In this document: piece by piece, positions 18,438 through 28,800 of the stretch | How positions within the stretch are numbered: the first letter of the stretch is position 1 | How the letters are laid out: every line of letters begins with the position of its first letter | DNA from: Lachnospiraceae bacterium | Lineage (GTDB): Bacteria; Bacillota; Clostridia; Lachnospirales; Lachnospiraceae | Assembly (NCBI GenBank): GCA_016282915.1 | Contig: JAEELW010000148.1 | Span: 61-64,060 of the forward strand | Length of the DNA: 64,000 nucleotides | Direction: 5' to 3' | Made by a program: the position numbers and the translations under genes | Notes under the pieces: generated by a model | The model's input: the letters and a program-made list of their open reading frames with translations, nothing else | Told to the model about the DNA's origin: nothing | Databases searched by the model: none

Positions 18438-20248
18438 GCTATATCGGAGAAAAACCTGCCGCCCCCATTGTACTGGAAGGACTGGCGAAACTGGAATATC
18501 GCGGTTATGACTCCGCCGGTATCGCGGTCTATGACGGGAAAGAGATCATCACGAAAAAGGCGGCGGGACGTCTGGCCGTACTGGAAAACCTGACGCACAG
18601 CGGGGAGAACATGCCCGGCTTTTCGGCGATCGGCCATACGCGCTGGGCTACCCACGGCGTTCCGAGCGACCTCAACGCCCATCCGCATACCAACGGTGAC
18701 GGGACCATCGTTGTGGTGCATAACGGCATCATCGAAAACTATATGGCGTTGAAGAACAAGCTTCTTGGGAAGGGTTACAGCTTTGCGTCCGAAACGGATA
18801 CGGAGGTGCTGGCTCATCTGCTGGATTACTATTATAAAGGCAATCCGCTGCAGGCCATCACCAAGGTGCTGCACCGCGTGGAGGGCTCCTATGCCCTGGG
18901 CATCATGTTTGCGGATCATCCGGAGGAGCTTTATGCGGCGAGAAAGGAAAGTCCGCTGATCGTGGGTCACGGAGAGGACGGCTGCTTCATCGCTTCGGAT
19001 GTGCCGGCGATCCTCAAATATACGAGAAAAGTGTATTATCTTGAAAACCAGGAGATCGCGATGCTGAAGAAGGATGAGGTTTCCTTCTTTACCGTGGATG
19101 AGGAACCCACGGAAAAGCAGGCCGTGACCATCGACTGGGACGCCAATGCTGCGGAAAAGGCGGGCTATGAGTTCTTCATGCTCAAGGAAATCTATGAGGA
19201 GCCGAAGACCGTGACCGATACCATATCGCCGAGGATCAAGAACGGCGAAGTGGTGATCGAAGAGCTGAACATGACGGATGATGAGCTTAAGGCGATCAGC
19301 CGTATCCATATCGTGGCCTGCGGCTCGGCCTATCATACCGGCGTTACGGCAAAATATATCATCGAAGGGATGCTCCGCATCCCTGTGGAAGTGGATGTGG
19401 CGAGTGAATTCCGTTACCGCGATCCCATCCTTTCCCCCAGCGATCTGGTGATCGTTGTGAGCCAGTCGGGTGAGACGGCGGATACCCTGGAGGCCGTACG
19501 CGAGTCCAAGGCGAAAGGACTGAAAGTGCTGGCAATCGTAAATGTGGTGGGCAGCTCCATTGCACGGGAATCCGATTCCGTATTCTATACCTGGGCGGGA
19601 CCGGAGATCTCGGTCGCTACGACCAAGGCCTACAGCGCGCAGCTTGCTGCCTTTTATCTGCTGGCGATACGTTTCGGCCGGGCACGCGGAGTGATCGACG
19701 ATGCGCGCATGAAGTCATTGCTGGAGGATCTGCAGGCCTTGCCGGATCAGATCGAACTGCTCCTGGGGCAGAAGGAGAAGATACAGCATTTTGCAAACCG
19801 CTATATCGCGGCCAAGGACGTCTTCTTTATCGGAAGAGGTATCGACTATGCGATCGGACTGGAGGGCTCCCTGAAGCTGAAGGAGATCTCCTATATCCAT
19901 TCCGAAGCTTATGCGGCCGGCGAACTGAAGCACGGGACCATTTCTCTGATCGAGCCGGGAACGCTGGTGGTGGCAGTGGCCACGCAGCCGGATCTGTTTG
20001 CAAAGACCGTCAGCAATATCGAAGAAGTGAAATCCCGCGGCGCCTTTGTCATGGCGGTCGCGGAGCGCGGACGCAAGGAGATCGAGAAAGCGGCGGATTA
20101 TGTGCTCTATATCCCCCATACCAACCCTTATTTTGCCAATTCTCTGGCGATCATCCCGCTGCAGCTCTTTGCCTATTACGTTTCCGTAGGTAAGGGCTAC
20201 GATGTGGATCACCCCAGGAATCTGGCAAAGTCGGTGACGGTGGAATAA
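18422..20248 (+). CDS. glmS: Glutamine--fructose-6-phosphate aminotransferase
   Basis: MCGIVGY Ntn-Cys start, RWATHG, two SIS domains, and C-terminal LAKSVTVE. I prefer the ATG at 18422 over the track start at 18374. Confidence 0.97.
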   Translation: MCGIVGYIGEKPAAPIVLEGLAKLEYRGYDSAGIAVYDGKEIITKKAAGRLAVLENLTHSGENMPGFSAIGHTRWATHGVPSDLNAHPHTNGDGTIVVVHNGIIENYMALKNKLLGKGYSFASETDTEVLAHLLDYYYKGNPLQAITKVLHRVEGSYALGIMFADHPEELYAARKESPLIVGHGEDGCFIASDVPAILKYTRKVYYLENQEIAMLKKDEVSFFTVDEEPTEKQAVTIDWDANAAEKAGYEFFMLKEIYEEPKTVTDTISPRIKNGEVVIEELNMTDDELKAISRIHIVACGSAYHTGVTAKYIIEGMLRIPVEVDVASEFRYRDPILSPSDLVIVVSQSGETADTLEAVRESKAKGLKVLAIVNVVGSSIARESDSVFYTWAGPEISVATTKAYSAQLAAFYLLAIRFGRARGVIDDARMKSLLEDLQALPDQIELLLGQKEKIQHFANRYIAAKDVFFIGRGIDYAIGLEGSLKLKEISYIHSEAYAAGELKHGTISLIEPGTLVVAVATQPDLFAKTVSNIEEVKSRGAFVMAVAERGRKEIEKAADYVLYIPHTNPYFANSLAIIPLQLFAYYVSVGKGYDVDHPRNLAKSVTVE

Positions 20249-20387
20249 AACACATAATCTGCATATTAAGGACATAATTTCTTCACAAAGGCGGACTAGA
20301 ATCAGAAACATCATCAGGGAAGTTAGATGTGAAGATCATAAAGATCCGTAAGGATCGGGGTTCGCAGGAAGAAAGGAAGTGTTTGCT

Positions 20388-22280
20388 ATGTATGACGATG
20401 AAAGGATCCGGCTCAGAACAACGGAAGTATTGAAAGGTGATGAATACCCGGGACTGGAGGAAGACGATTCTCCGTCTGCCGGCAGCAATTGTGATAATGT
20501 GCCGAGGACAGAGAATCCGTTAAGTCAGACATCGGCAGACTATGGGAGTATGCAGCAGGAAGCGTCAGCAGCGCAGGCAGGCGTGAACGCCGGATATGAG
20601 AGCGGACAGCCGGAAACTGTGCAGGCCGTTCGGGAAGCTGTGAATACGGTTTATGAGAGTGCACCGCAGGCAGTAGCTGCCGGTCAGGCGGTTGCAGATA
20701 TTGATCATGACAGTGTGCAGCCGGGAGCGGTGCAAGCCGTGAAAGAAGCTGTGAATGAAGGATATGAGAACGCGCAGTCGGGAGCGGCTGTTGCCGGTCA
20801 GGCAGTTATGGCTGCAGGATACGGAAATGAAGTAAACAGCGCATCTTCCGTGAACAGTGCGGTATGGCAGAATACATATTACAGAAATGATACATACGGA
20901 AACGCCGGCAGTCAGGGAGAGCAGTACCAGGGGACATATTGGCAGATGAATCCCGATTACCGTGCAAATCCCTATCCGGCAGGGAACGCGAAGCAGGAGC
21001 CTGCAGAAAAGAAACAAAAGAAAGAAAAGAAGCAGCGCGGCTTTTTCGGCAGTGTATGCAGGGTGGCAGCGATCGGTCTGGTCTTCGGGTTTTTCGCCGG
21101 AGCCGGATTTCTGGCCGTGCGGTATGGCGGAGGACTGCTGGGCGTCGGAAAGGATGCGGACGGTTCGAAGCCTGTGACCGTGAGCTATACGGACAGCGCA
21201 TCTGTGGAGAAGGATGGGGAGCAGAAGATCAGTACGCCCACGGAACCTGCCGCAGTGGCGATACCTGCGACGGAATCGGTCACGACCATTGTGACGGATG
21301 TTTCAACGGTCGCAGAAGAAGTGATGCCTTCGATCGTTTCGATCGTTAACAGCAGCACGGTGAAATATTACTATTATAACATTCCGAGCGATTCCAGCGG
21401 TTCAGGGATCATCATCGGATCCAATACCGATGAACTGCTGCTTGTGACGAATTACCATGTGGTGGAAGAAAACAACAAACTGACGGTAACTTTCTGCGAT
21501 GGCAGCGAGGCGGAAGCCCTGGTAAAGGGCAGCGATGCATCCATGGATCTGGCAGTGATCGCTGTGCAGCTGAGCGATATCAGTGATTCGACCATGAATG
21601 CCATCCGCATCGCCCGTATGGGTGATTCCGATGCATTGAAGGTCGGCGAGCCTGCGATCGCCATCGGAAACGCGCTCGGTTACGGACAGTCGGTCACCAC
21701 AGGCGTGATCAGCGCCCTGAACCGTGAGATGGATATGGATAATATCAAGGGTACCTTTATCCAGACGGATGCAGCGATCAACCCCGGTAATTCCGGCGGC
21801 GCATTACTGAATATCAACGGAGAGGTGATCGGCATCAATTCCAGCAAGATCGGCGGCACCAAGGTGGAAGGTATGGGATATGCGATCCCGATCTCGGCCG
21901 CACGTCCGATCATCGAGGAGCTGATGCAGAAGACGACCAGAACACTGGTACCGGAAGAAGAGCGAGGCTACCTTGGGATCACGGGAGCGACCGTGACACA
22001 GCAGGAGATCTATCTTTACGGCTATCCGGAAGGCGCCTATGTGGTAAATGTAAATGACGGTTCTGCGGCAGACCGGGCAGGAATGCAGCGTGGCGACTAT
22101 ATCACCGGCTTTGACGGAGAGCGGATCACAAGCATGGAAGGCCTGCAGCGTATACTGATGTATTACCGCGAGGGCGATACGGTAAATGTACAGGTTCTCA
22201 GGCCGAACGGAGATGATTACGATGAGCTGACCTTACAGCTTACCTTGGGAGATAAGAGTGATCTGGGAAGAAGTAATTAA
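20388..22280 (+). CDS. htrA: HtrA/DegP-family serine protease with PDZ domain and a long low-complexity N-terminus
   Basis: Catalytic triad context TNYHVV, DLAVI, GNSGGAL. C-terminal PDZ (GAYVVNVNDGSAADRAGMQRGDYI) and a TM helix near aa 220. ATG at 20388 follows GGAAGAAAGGAAG. Confidence 0.9.
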   Translation: MYDDERIRLRTTEVLKGDEYPGLEEDDSPSAGSNCDNVPRTENPLSQTSADYGSMQQEASAAQAGVNAGYESGQPETVQAVREAVNTVYESAPQAVAAGQAVADIDHDSVQPGAVQAVKEAVNEGYENAQSGAAVAGQAVMAAGYGNEVNSASSVNSAVWQNTYYRNDTYGNAGSQGEQYQGTYWQMNPDYRANPYPAGNAKQEPAEKKQKKEKKQRGFFGSVCRVAAIGLVFGFFAGAGFLAVRYGGGLLGVGKDADGSKPVTVSYTDSASVEKDGEQKISTPTEPAAVAIPATESVTTIVTDVSTVAEEVMPSIVSIVNSSTVKYYYYNIPSDSSGSGIIIGSNTDELLLVTNYHVVEENNKLTVTFCDGSEAEALVKGSDASMDLAVIAVQLSDISDSTMNAIRIARMGDSDALKVGEPAIAIGNALGYGQSVTTGVISALNREMDMDNIKGTFIQTDAAINPGNSGGALLNINGEVIGINSSKIGGTKVEGMGYAIPISAARPIIEELMQKTTRTLVPEEERGYLGITGATVTQQEIYLYGYPEGAYVVNVNDGSAADRAGMQRGDYITGFDGERITSMEGLQRILMYYREGDTVNVQVLRPNGDDYDELTLQLTLGDKSDLGRSN

Positions 22281-22308
22281 GAGAGAAACCATGATATGAT
22301 CTCGGATC

Positions 22309-22341
22309 GATCCGCGGGGGGCTTCCCCGGCGGATCTTTTC
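22309..22341 (+). terminator. Rho-independent terminator after htrA
   Basis: 12-nt arms gatccgcggggg / ccccggcggatc (imperfectly paired), loop gctt, then TTTT. A TATAAT at 22345-22350 follows. Confidence 0.7.
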
Positions 22342-22387
22342 GATTATAATACATCTTATGGGAAAGACGGAGGAGGAGTAAAGCAGG

Positions 22388-23887
22388 ATGGAAGACAATC
22401 AGAACACGGAAAACAGGGACAAAGCATATTGCAGCATGTGCGGAAGGTCGGAGGAGACGGCAGGAAAGCTGATCCATCTCCCCATGAATATGTTCCTGTG
22501 CCCGGAATGCATGGACAAGACTTCGAACATGATCGAATCCCAGATGGGAAACATGAACGGAGCCGGTGCCATCGACTGGGGCCGGGTGATGGGGATGTAC
22601 GGAAGCGGGAAAACGGACGAAATGCCGAAGAGCGATGCCGCTACGGCGCTGAAGGAAAACGAAGGCGACGGAAAAAACAAAGAGACCGCAGGTGAAGGAG
22701 AGAAACAGGAGGAGAAACCCAAGCCGAAGGTCAGTTTCCTCAATCTTGCGGATCTGCCTTTTGATTTCGGTTTCGGAGGCCGGCAGCGTGTCAAAAAACG
22801 GGACAAAAAAGACTACAAGCCTCTGCTGGAGCTGAAGGATATCCCCGCACCGCACAAGATCAAGGAAAAGCTGGATGAGTATGTGGTAGGGCAGGAGCAG
22901 GCCAAGAAAGTCATGAGCGTGGCGGTTTATAACCACTACAAGCGTGTGGCTACCCATACCATGGACGAGATCGAGATCGAGAAGTCCAATATGCTGATGC
23001 TGGGACCTACCGGCTGCGGTAAGACCTATCTGGTTCAGACCCTGGCACGTATCCTGCATGTGCCGCTGGCCATCACCGATGCGACCACGCTGACGGAAGC
23101 GGGCTATATCGGCGACGATATCGAGAGCGTGCTGAGTAAGCTTCTTTCAGCAGCGGATAATGATGTGGATAAGGCCGAACAGGGGATCGTTTATATCGAT
23201 GAGATCGACAAGATCGCAAAGAAACAGAACACGAATTCCAGGGATGTGAGCGGCGAATCGGTCCAGCAGGGATTACTGAAGCTGCTGGAAGGTTCGGATA
23301 TCGAGGTGCCGGTAGGCGCCTCCTCCAAGAACGCCATGGTGCCGACCACGACGATCAATACCAGAAATATCCTCTTTATCTGCGGGGGAGCATTCCCGGG
23401 GATCGAGGAGATCATAAAGCGGCGTCTCAACAAGACTTCCGGGATCGGCTTCCATGCGGAGGTAAAGAACCCGGAGGAGAAGGATCTGACGATCCTGCAG
23501 GAAGTGGAGACCGAGGATATACGGAAGTTCGGTATGATCCCGGAATTTGTCGGCCGACTGCCGATGGTATTTGCCCTGGAAGGGCTGGATAAGGATATGA
23601 TGGTGCGTATCCTGAAGGAGCCCCGGAATGCCATCCTGAAACAGTATCAGAAGCTTCTGGAGCTGGATGAGGTACGTCTGAATTTTACCGACGATGCCCT
23701 GGAGCTGATCGCCGAGAAGGCGCTGAAGAAAGAAACCGGTGCCAGAGCGCTGCGTTCGATCCTGGATGAGCACATGATCGACATCATGTACGAGATCCCG
23801 AAGGATCAGAATATCGGTACCGTGACCATAACGAAGGAGTATCTGGAAGGTACCGGAGGACCCCAGATCGAGCTGAGACAGGGATAA
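22388..23887 (+). CDS. clpX: ATP-dependent Clp protease ATP-binding subunit ClpX (extended ZBD-AAA+ linker)
   Basis: C4 zinc finger CSMC-x21-CPEC, GPTGCGKT, pore-1 GYIG, IVYIDEIDK, IGF loop (GIGFHA), EFVGRLP, GARALRSI. Confidence 0.9.
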   Translation: MEDNQNTENRDKAYCSMCGRSEETAGKLIHLPMNMFLCPECMDKTSNMIESQMGNMNGAGAIDWGRVMGMYGSGKTDEMPKSDAATALKENEGDGKNKETAGEGEKQEEKPKPKVSFLNLADLPFDFGFGGRQRVKKRDKKDYKPLLELKDIPAPHKIKEKLDEYVVGQEQAKKVMSVAVYNHYKRVATHTMDEIEIEKSNMLMLGPTGCGKTYLVQTLARILHVPLAITDATTLTEAGYIGDDIESVLSKLLSAADNDVDKAEQGIVYIDEIDKIAKKQNTNSRDVSGESVQQGLLKLLEGSDIEVPVGASSKNAMVPTTTINTRNILFICGGAFPGIEEIIKRRLNKTSGIGFHAEVKNPEEKDLTILQEVETEDIRKFGMIPEFVGRLPMVFALEGLDKDMMVRILKEPRNAILKQYQKLLELDEVRLNFTDDALELIAEKALKKETGARALRSILDEHMIDIMYEIPKDQNIGTVTITKEYLEGTGGPQIELRQG

Positions 23888-23945
23888 AATCATGATTTGT
23901 CCGGCGCGAGCCGGGACAGAGGGAAACAAAAAAGCATAGGCGGAA

Positions 23946-23980
23946 GAAAAAAGACTGTCGGTTTCGGCAGTCTTTTTTGT
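23946..23980. terminator. Bidirectional-looking intrinsic terminator after clpX
   Basis: aaaaaagactgtcggtttcggcagtctttttt is an 8-bp stem flanked by an A-tract and a T-tract. Confidence 0.75.
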
Positions 23981-24236
23981 GTGAAATGACGTCAGGGCGG
24001 CAGGGGTTATTTCGTCATCCGGCCGATCGGGGGTGATCCATGAGAAGGTCGTCAGAGAGATTTCGTAACGCAGAGACAATGGCTAAAACGTGATTTAGCT
24101 GCATGCCTGCGCTTTTTTCTGTACCGGATATCTGCCGGCTCCGGGTGTATCAAAGACCGGAATCGGGACCGGAGGACGGCGAAATTGCGGTCCGGATCAG
24201 GGGCTTCCGAAGGATTATTCTGCCCCCGGAGTGCCA

Positions 24237-24269
24237 GGATCCGGAGAGAGGGTTCCGGGATTTTTTTTC
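24237..24269 (+). terminator. Terminator-like hairpin plus T8 tract in the intergenic region
   Basis: ggatccggagagagggttccggga followed by tttttttt. It lies within a block of nested inverted repeats. Confidence 0.4.
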
Positions 24270-24447
24270 ATCAGAGACTCCTGATGGAGTCTTTCTCTCT
24301 CCGGGATCGATTCTTCCGGGATCCGCTTTTTTGGTGTGAGGCATAGCTGCCCGGTCTTGTTTTGTCTTCTTCCCTTCCTGTTTTTTCAGAGAGATTTTCA
24401 GCCGGAGCTGAAGTAAAATGCAAAAAAAGAAAGATCGGGAAATTGAG

Positions 24448-24837
24448 TTATGTAAATAATTAAAACCAAATGGCATTATGTAAACAAATGCTGATTGGCT
24501 CCCGGAATACAAGAGAAATGGGAGCATCCTTATGTTGGAGGAATTATAAACAAAAAGGCGACTTTGGAAATATAATCTAAAATATATAAAAATAAAAACT
24601 ATTGTAATTTTGCGCCGGGTCAATCTCGAAAAGAGCACTGTTTACATAAGTGCAGCAAAAACAGTTTATAAATTATGTTAAGGAAAAAGAAGCTCCGAAA
24701 ATTATGTAAACAAGAGAAAATATGGTGTGAATCAGATTATGTCAACATAGAAAAAACAATCATCAGTGTACATAAATTATTATTATCGGATCTTATGTAG
24801 ATCAAGCGGGGAAAGTTGTGGAGGATTGGTTTACGTA
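24448..24837. repeat. Array of ~10 TTATGTAAAC-like motifs in both orientations
   Basis: Forward copies start at 24448, 24476, 24530 (partial), 24673, 24702, 24737 and 24793. Reverse copies (GTTTACATAA-like) start at 24640, 24766 and 24829. Spacing is mostly ~27-36 bp. Confidence 0.65.
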
Positions 24838-25702
24838 GTATTTGCCGGGAAGGAGTGTTTCGCACGGCTTTTCTGATCAAAGCAGAAGGGGAAAAGGGCG
24901 CAGATACATTTAAAAATACAGCCTGTGATACTAAAAGATAAAACAATTATAAAGAGGAGATAAAGCCTTTAGTCAATTGCTGTCCTATCCGGTCAGATGC
25001 AGAAAAGCGATATGACGGAGTCTCGGATCGACAGGGAAAAGACGAAATGTTAAATCATATATTAGCAAGGGGTGATCTGGAAAAATCGGGCTACATAAAC
25101 TTCTTTTGTTAAGAGGTTTACCATAAGAAATCAATGATCATTTCGGATGCCGATCGGGGCAGATCTGGATCTGTCGCAGCGACCGGGATGCGGCCGGAGG
25201 AGTGACAGAAAAGCATAGATGTGATCTATGAAATACAGCACAAAAATCTGCGCAGGATCCTTATGAAAATACGATGTATGCGTTCTATATTGAAAGACAC
25301 AAAAAGGGCGGGAGTAAAATGTCCAAACGGCCACGTGATCTGATACTGGAGTGATATAATTAATAGAACAGGAAAAGCGAGCCGGCAGATGCCGGTATAT
25401 GATATAGTGATGATAAGATATATATCACAGACTGTCAGAAGGAGTACAACAAGTACTGTATATATCACATATGGATAATAAGTGCGAAACGATGTATATC
25501 AGATATGATAAAAATGCGCCGCCGGAGGAGAGCGCGTAAAGCCGGTGATATATTCTACTGTATATAGAATGAAGAGCGCAGGAACGTTGACGTCTGCATT
25601 TGGTTATATCATGATTTGATGATGCTGGCGCAGGAAAAAATCTGTCCGGCAGTACGGTGACATATGTAAGCAATAAAGCATAACAAATATAACAAAAAAC
25701 AC

Positions 25703-25731
25703 TGGACAAAAAATGGCTGATAAGATATAAT
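25703..25731 (+). promoter_or_regulatory. Sigma-A-type promoter for the surface-protein gene
   Basis: TGGACA (25703-25708), 17-nt spacer, TATAAT (25726-25731), ~80 nt upstream of the GTG at 25813. Confidence 0.55.
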
Positions 25732-25812
25732 GCATATAACACAAATATTGCAGATACAACGAGTGATAAATGCTTTCGGCTGTCCTCCGGTCTTCAACAG
25801 GAGGGAGAAGAA

Positions 25813-28800
25813 GTGAGCAGAAAGAAAACAGTCAAAAAATGTATGTGGTGGCTTTTGATCTTTGTTTTGATCGCGGAAGCCATACCGATCCCCGCTGATG
25901 CGGGACTACTGGTGCAGTCGGATGAAAAACTAACGCAGGATCTGTATCATGAACATGGCGGCAGCGATTCAGCCTGCTATGGAAGGGTTTTTAAGGAATG
26001 CGGCGGTTTTTTCTTCCAGATCGCGGAAGGCTCGGAGTTTTACTGCTGCAGTAAATGCCGGCTTTACATGCGTGGTAAACCGGAGAACATGATCCATAGC
26101 GGAGAGTATACGGAAGGGTTGGTCTGTGATGAGGATCTGATCGGCAGTTTCTATATCGAGAGGAGCGAAAGAGCGGATGGCGTCTTTCTGATGGCCGGGA
26201 TCGAAGGCGGCTCCGGGCTGATCAGTGAATATGAGATCAGCTGGAACGAGGAAGGAGCTTATACCGATGGTCTGACAAGCGTGATGCCGGTTACTGTACC
26301 GGGGACTTATCATGCACATCTGCGTTATCATGACGGGAAGGCCGGTGCGTGGAGAGAGGCCTCCCTGGACTATACGGATCTGAGTGTTCCCTGCAAGGTC
26401 AGTTTTTACAGTGAAGGGAATCTGCTGGGTGAAGTGGAGATGCCGTACGGAAGCAGTTTCGCCGCAATAGAGCTGCCTGAGAGATATGGCTATGATTTCG
26501 GAGGCTTTTATGCCGGTGCAGGACGTTATTATGATGAAGCAGGGCAGCCGGCAGAGCTGGGTGTGCAGCCGTTGGAGACCGCGTTTCTGGAACTGACGGC
26601 GGACTGGTCCGCGAAAAGATTTCCTTTCCGCTACGGGCCCGATGCGGACGGCGACGGTCTGGGTGACGGGGAAGCGGTACTGATCTATGACCAGGCGCCG
26701 CCCGCGATCGCCCTTCCCGAAGCGGAAGAACGCCCGGGTTTTGAACTGGACGGCTATTATATCGGGGAGAAAAAGCTCTATGACGCGCAGGGAGCAGCGC
26801 TCGGTGTGTGGACAGAGGTTCCGGCAGAACTTCCGCTTCGCCTGGAAGAGCGCTGGAAAGAACGCTTTTATACCCTGCATTATGACCTGGATCATGACGG
26901 GGTAAAAGAGGCATCGGCGATCCTCCGGTACGGAGAAAGCCTGCCGCAGCTGCAGAGACCCGGAGATATCCCGGGCATGGTCTTTGACGGATATTTTTAT
27001 GATGAGCGGAAGATCTTTGATGCCGATGGCAGGCCTGCGGCGGCACTGCCGGAACTGTTTGAGCTGGGCAGTATCTCACTGAAGGATGAGTGGCATATCA
27101 AGCATTTTGTGATCTCTTACGGCCCGGATGAGGACGGTGACGGAGAGCCCGACTTCAGTATAGAGCTTGATTACGGGGAGACTCCGCCCGCAGTTGAAAT
27201 GCCGGTCCCGGCACCGCGGAAAGGCTATGAATTTGACGGCTATGCGGTAGACGGGGAAAAGATCTATGACCGTGACGGCAGGCCTGCCGGAGCCTGGAGA
27301 CCGGATATGGAAGAGGGGAGTTATGAGCTCGAACCCTTGTGGAAAGCGAAAGAATACAGGCTGTATTACGGACCGGACAGTGACGGAGACGGCATACCGG
27401 ATCTGATACTGATCCTGCGTTATGACAGCGTTCCGCCTGCGATATCCCTTCCGGAGCCGCAGGCACGTCCGGGCTATGTTTTTGACGGTTATTATGTAGG
27501 CGACCGGCAGCTGTTCGGTCCCGACGGACAGCCGACCGGGCCATGGAATGCGGATCCTGAAGGAGATGGGAAGCTGATCCTGAAGGAACGTTTCAGGCAG
27601 GTAAGCATCACGATCTTTTTCGGACCGGACCTGAACGGAGACGGAAGACCGGATCAGTATCGCACGATACGTTACGGAGATCCGATGCCGCTGCTGGATC
27701 TGGGAGAGGTGAAGGAGAGGAAGGGTTATCGCTTCCTTGGGTATTATGTCGGTGAGACGATGCTTTATGATGCCATGGGTGTGCCTGCAACGGAAAACTG
27801 TACTTTCACGACACAGGCCGGAAGCTATATCCTGAGTGCAAAATGGGAAGCAAAGAGCTATGCCCTTCGTTACGGGACGGATGAGGACGGAGACGGAGTG
27901 CCGGATCGGGAATTGCAGGTGACATACGGACAGCCGTATCAGGCCGTCGAAGTTCCAAAGCTGGAAGAAGGGCACATCTTTGACGGGTACTATCTTGACG
28001 GAGAGATGGTCTATGACCCCGAGGGAAAACCGAAGGAGCTTTGGATCTGGGACAGCGAAACGGACGTTCTGGAACTGAAGAGCCATATGCTGCCGCCGAA
28101 CAAGCCTGAAGACGATAAAGAAAAAGGGAAGGGTGATAACGGCGGCCGGGGCGCGAACAACGGCAGCGACAGCGGAAGCGATGATCAGGACGGAGCCGGT
28201 GAAGCTCAGGGTGATGAAGGAGAAGCCGGGACAGAAAACGGAGACGGAGCCGACGACGGCAGCGATCCGGGCAGCAGCGTGAGCGGCAATAGCGTCAGTG
28301 AAAACACTCCGGAAGATCGGCGGAAGAAAGGAAACGGTGGTGGAAAAAAAGTGCTCGATACGGCAGGGACAGAAGAAGGCGGACTGACAGAGGAAGCGGA
28401 TCCGGGGAATGATGAGCTCACCGACCGGCCTGTGATCGGAGAAGAGGATATTCAGGAGGAAGAAGAGCAGAGTGAAGCACCGTCTGCAGAAGCCGGGGAG
28501 AAAAAAGAAGAGCCGGAGTCCGGGGACGAAGATCTCCTTCCGGCCCTGTCGGAAGCAGAAGAAAAGCCCAATGAGAAAAGGGATTCCGGGGCGATGCCGA
28601 TCATCAAAAAGGCAGCAGCGGTAGGTGCGGTAACGGTAGGCAGTCTGGGAGGGATCCTCGGGATCTATGCGGGACTGGTCTATCTGCTGGCCATGGCGGA
28701 AGTGGAGACCATATGCCCGGACGGAAGAAAGAAACGTCTCGGCAGACTGGCGATCCATTCCGAAAAGGGAAAAGCCTTTCTGATCCGGCTGCCCAGAGAA

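Noticed and set aside
20560-20840. Repetitive VQAV(R/K)EAVN..YE(S/N)A segments in the HtrA N-terminus, considered as a distinct repeat element.
   Set aside because: They are short, degenerate, low-complexity coding repeats in a cytoplasmic linker of a protease gene that is otherwise canonical. Nothing suggests an independent function.
24103-24638. ORFs 24103-24339 (+) and 24150-24638 (-) in the clpX-to-surface-protein gap.
   Set aside because: They have no RBS and implausible composition. They overlap the nested inverted repeats and T-tracts, and I recognise no motif.
24100-25812. A c-di-GMP riboswitch (GEMM-I/II) upstream of the large surface protein, as seen for clostridial adhesins.
   Set aside because: I looked for the conserved cores (GEMM-I ...GCAAA...ACGCAAAGC...; GEMM-II ...GCAACCGACC...) and found none by eye. 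A covariance-model scan is still needed for certainty.
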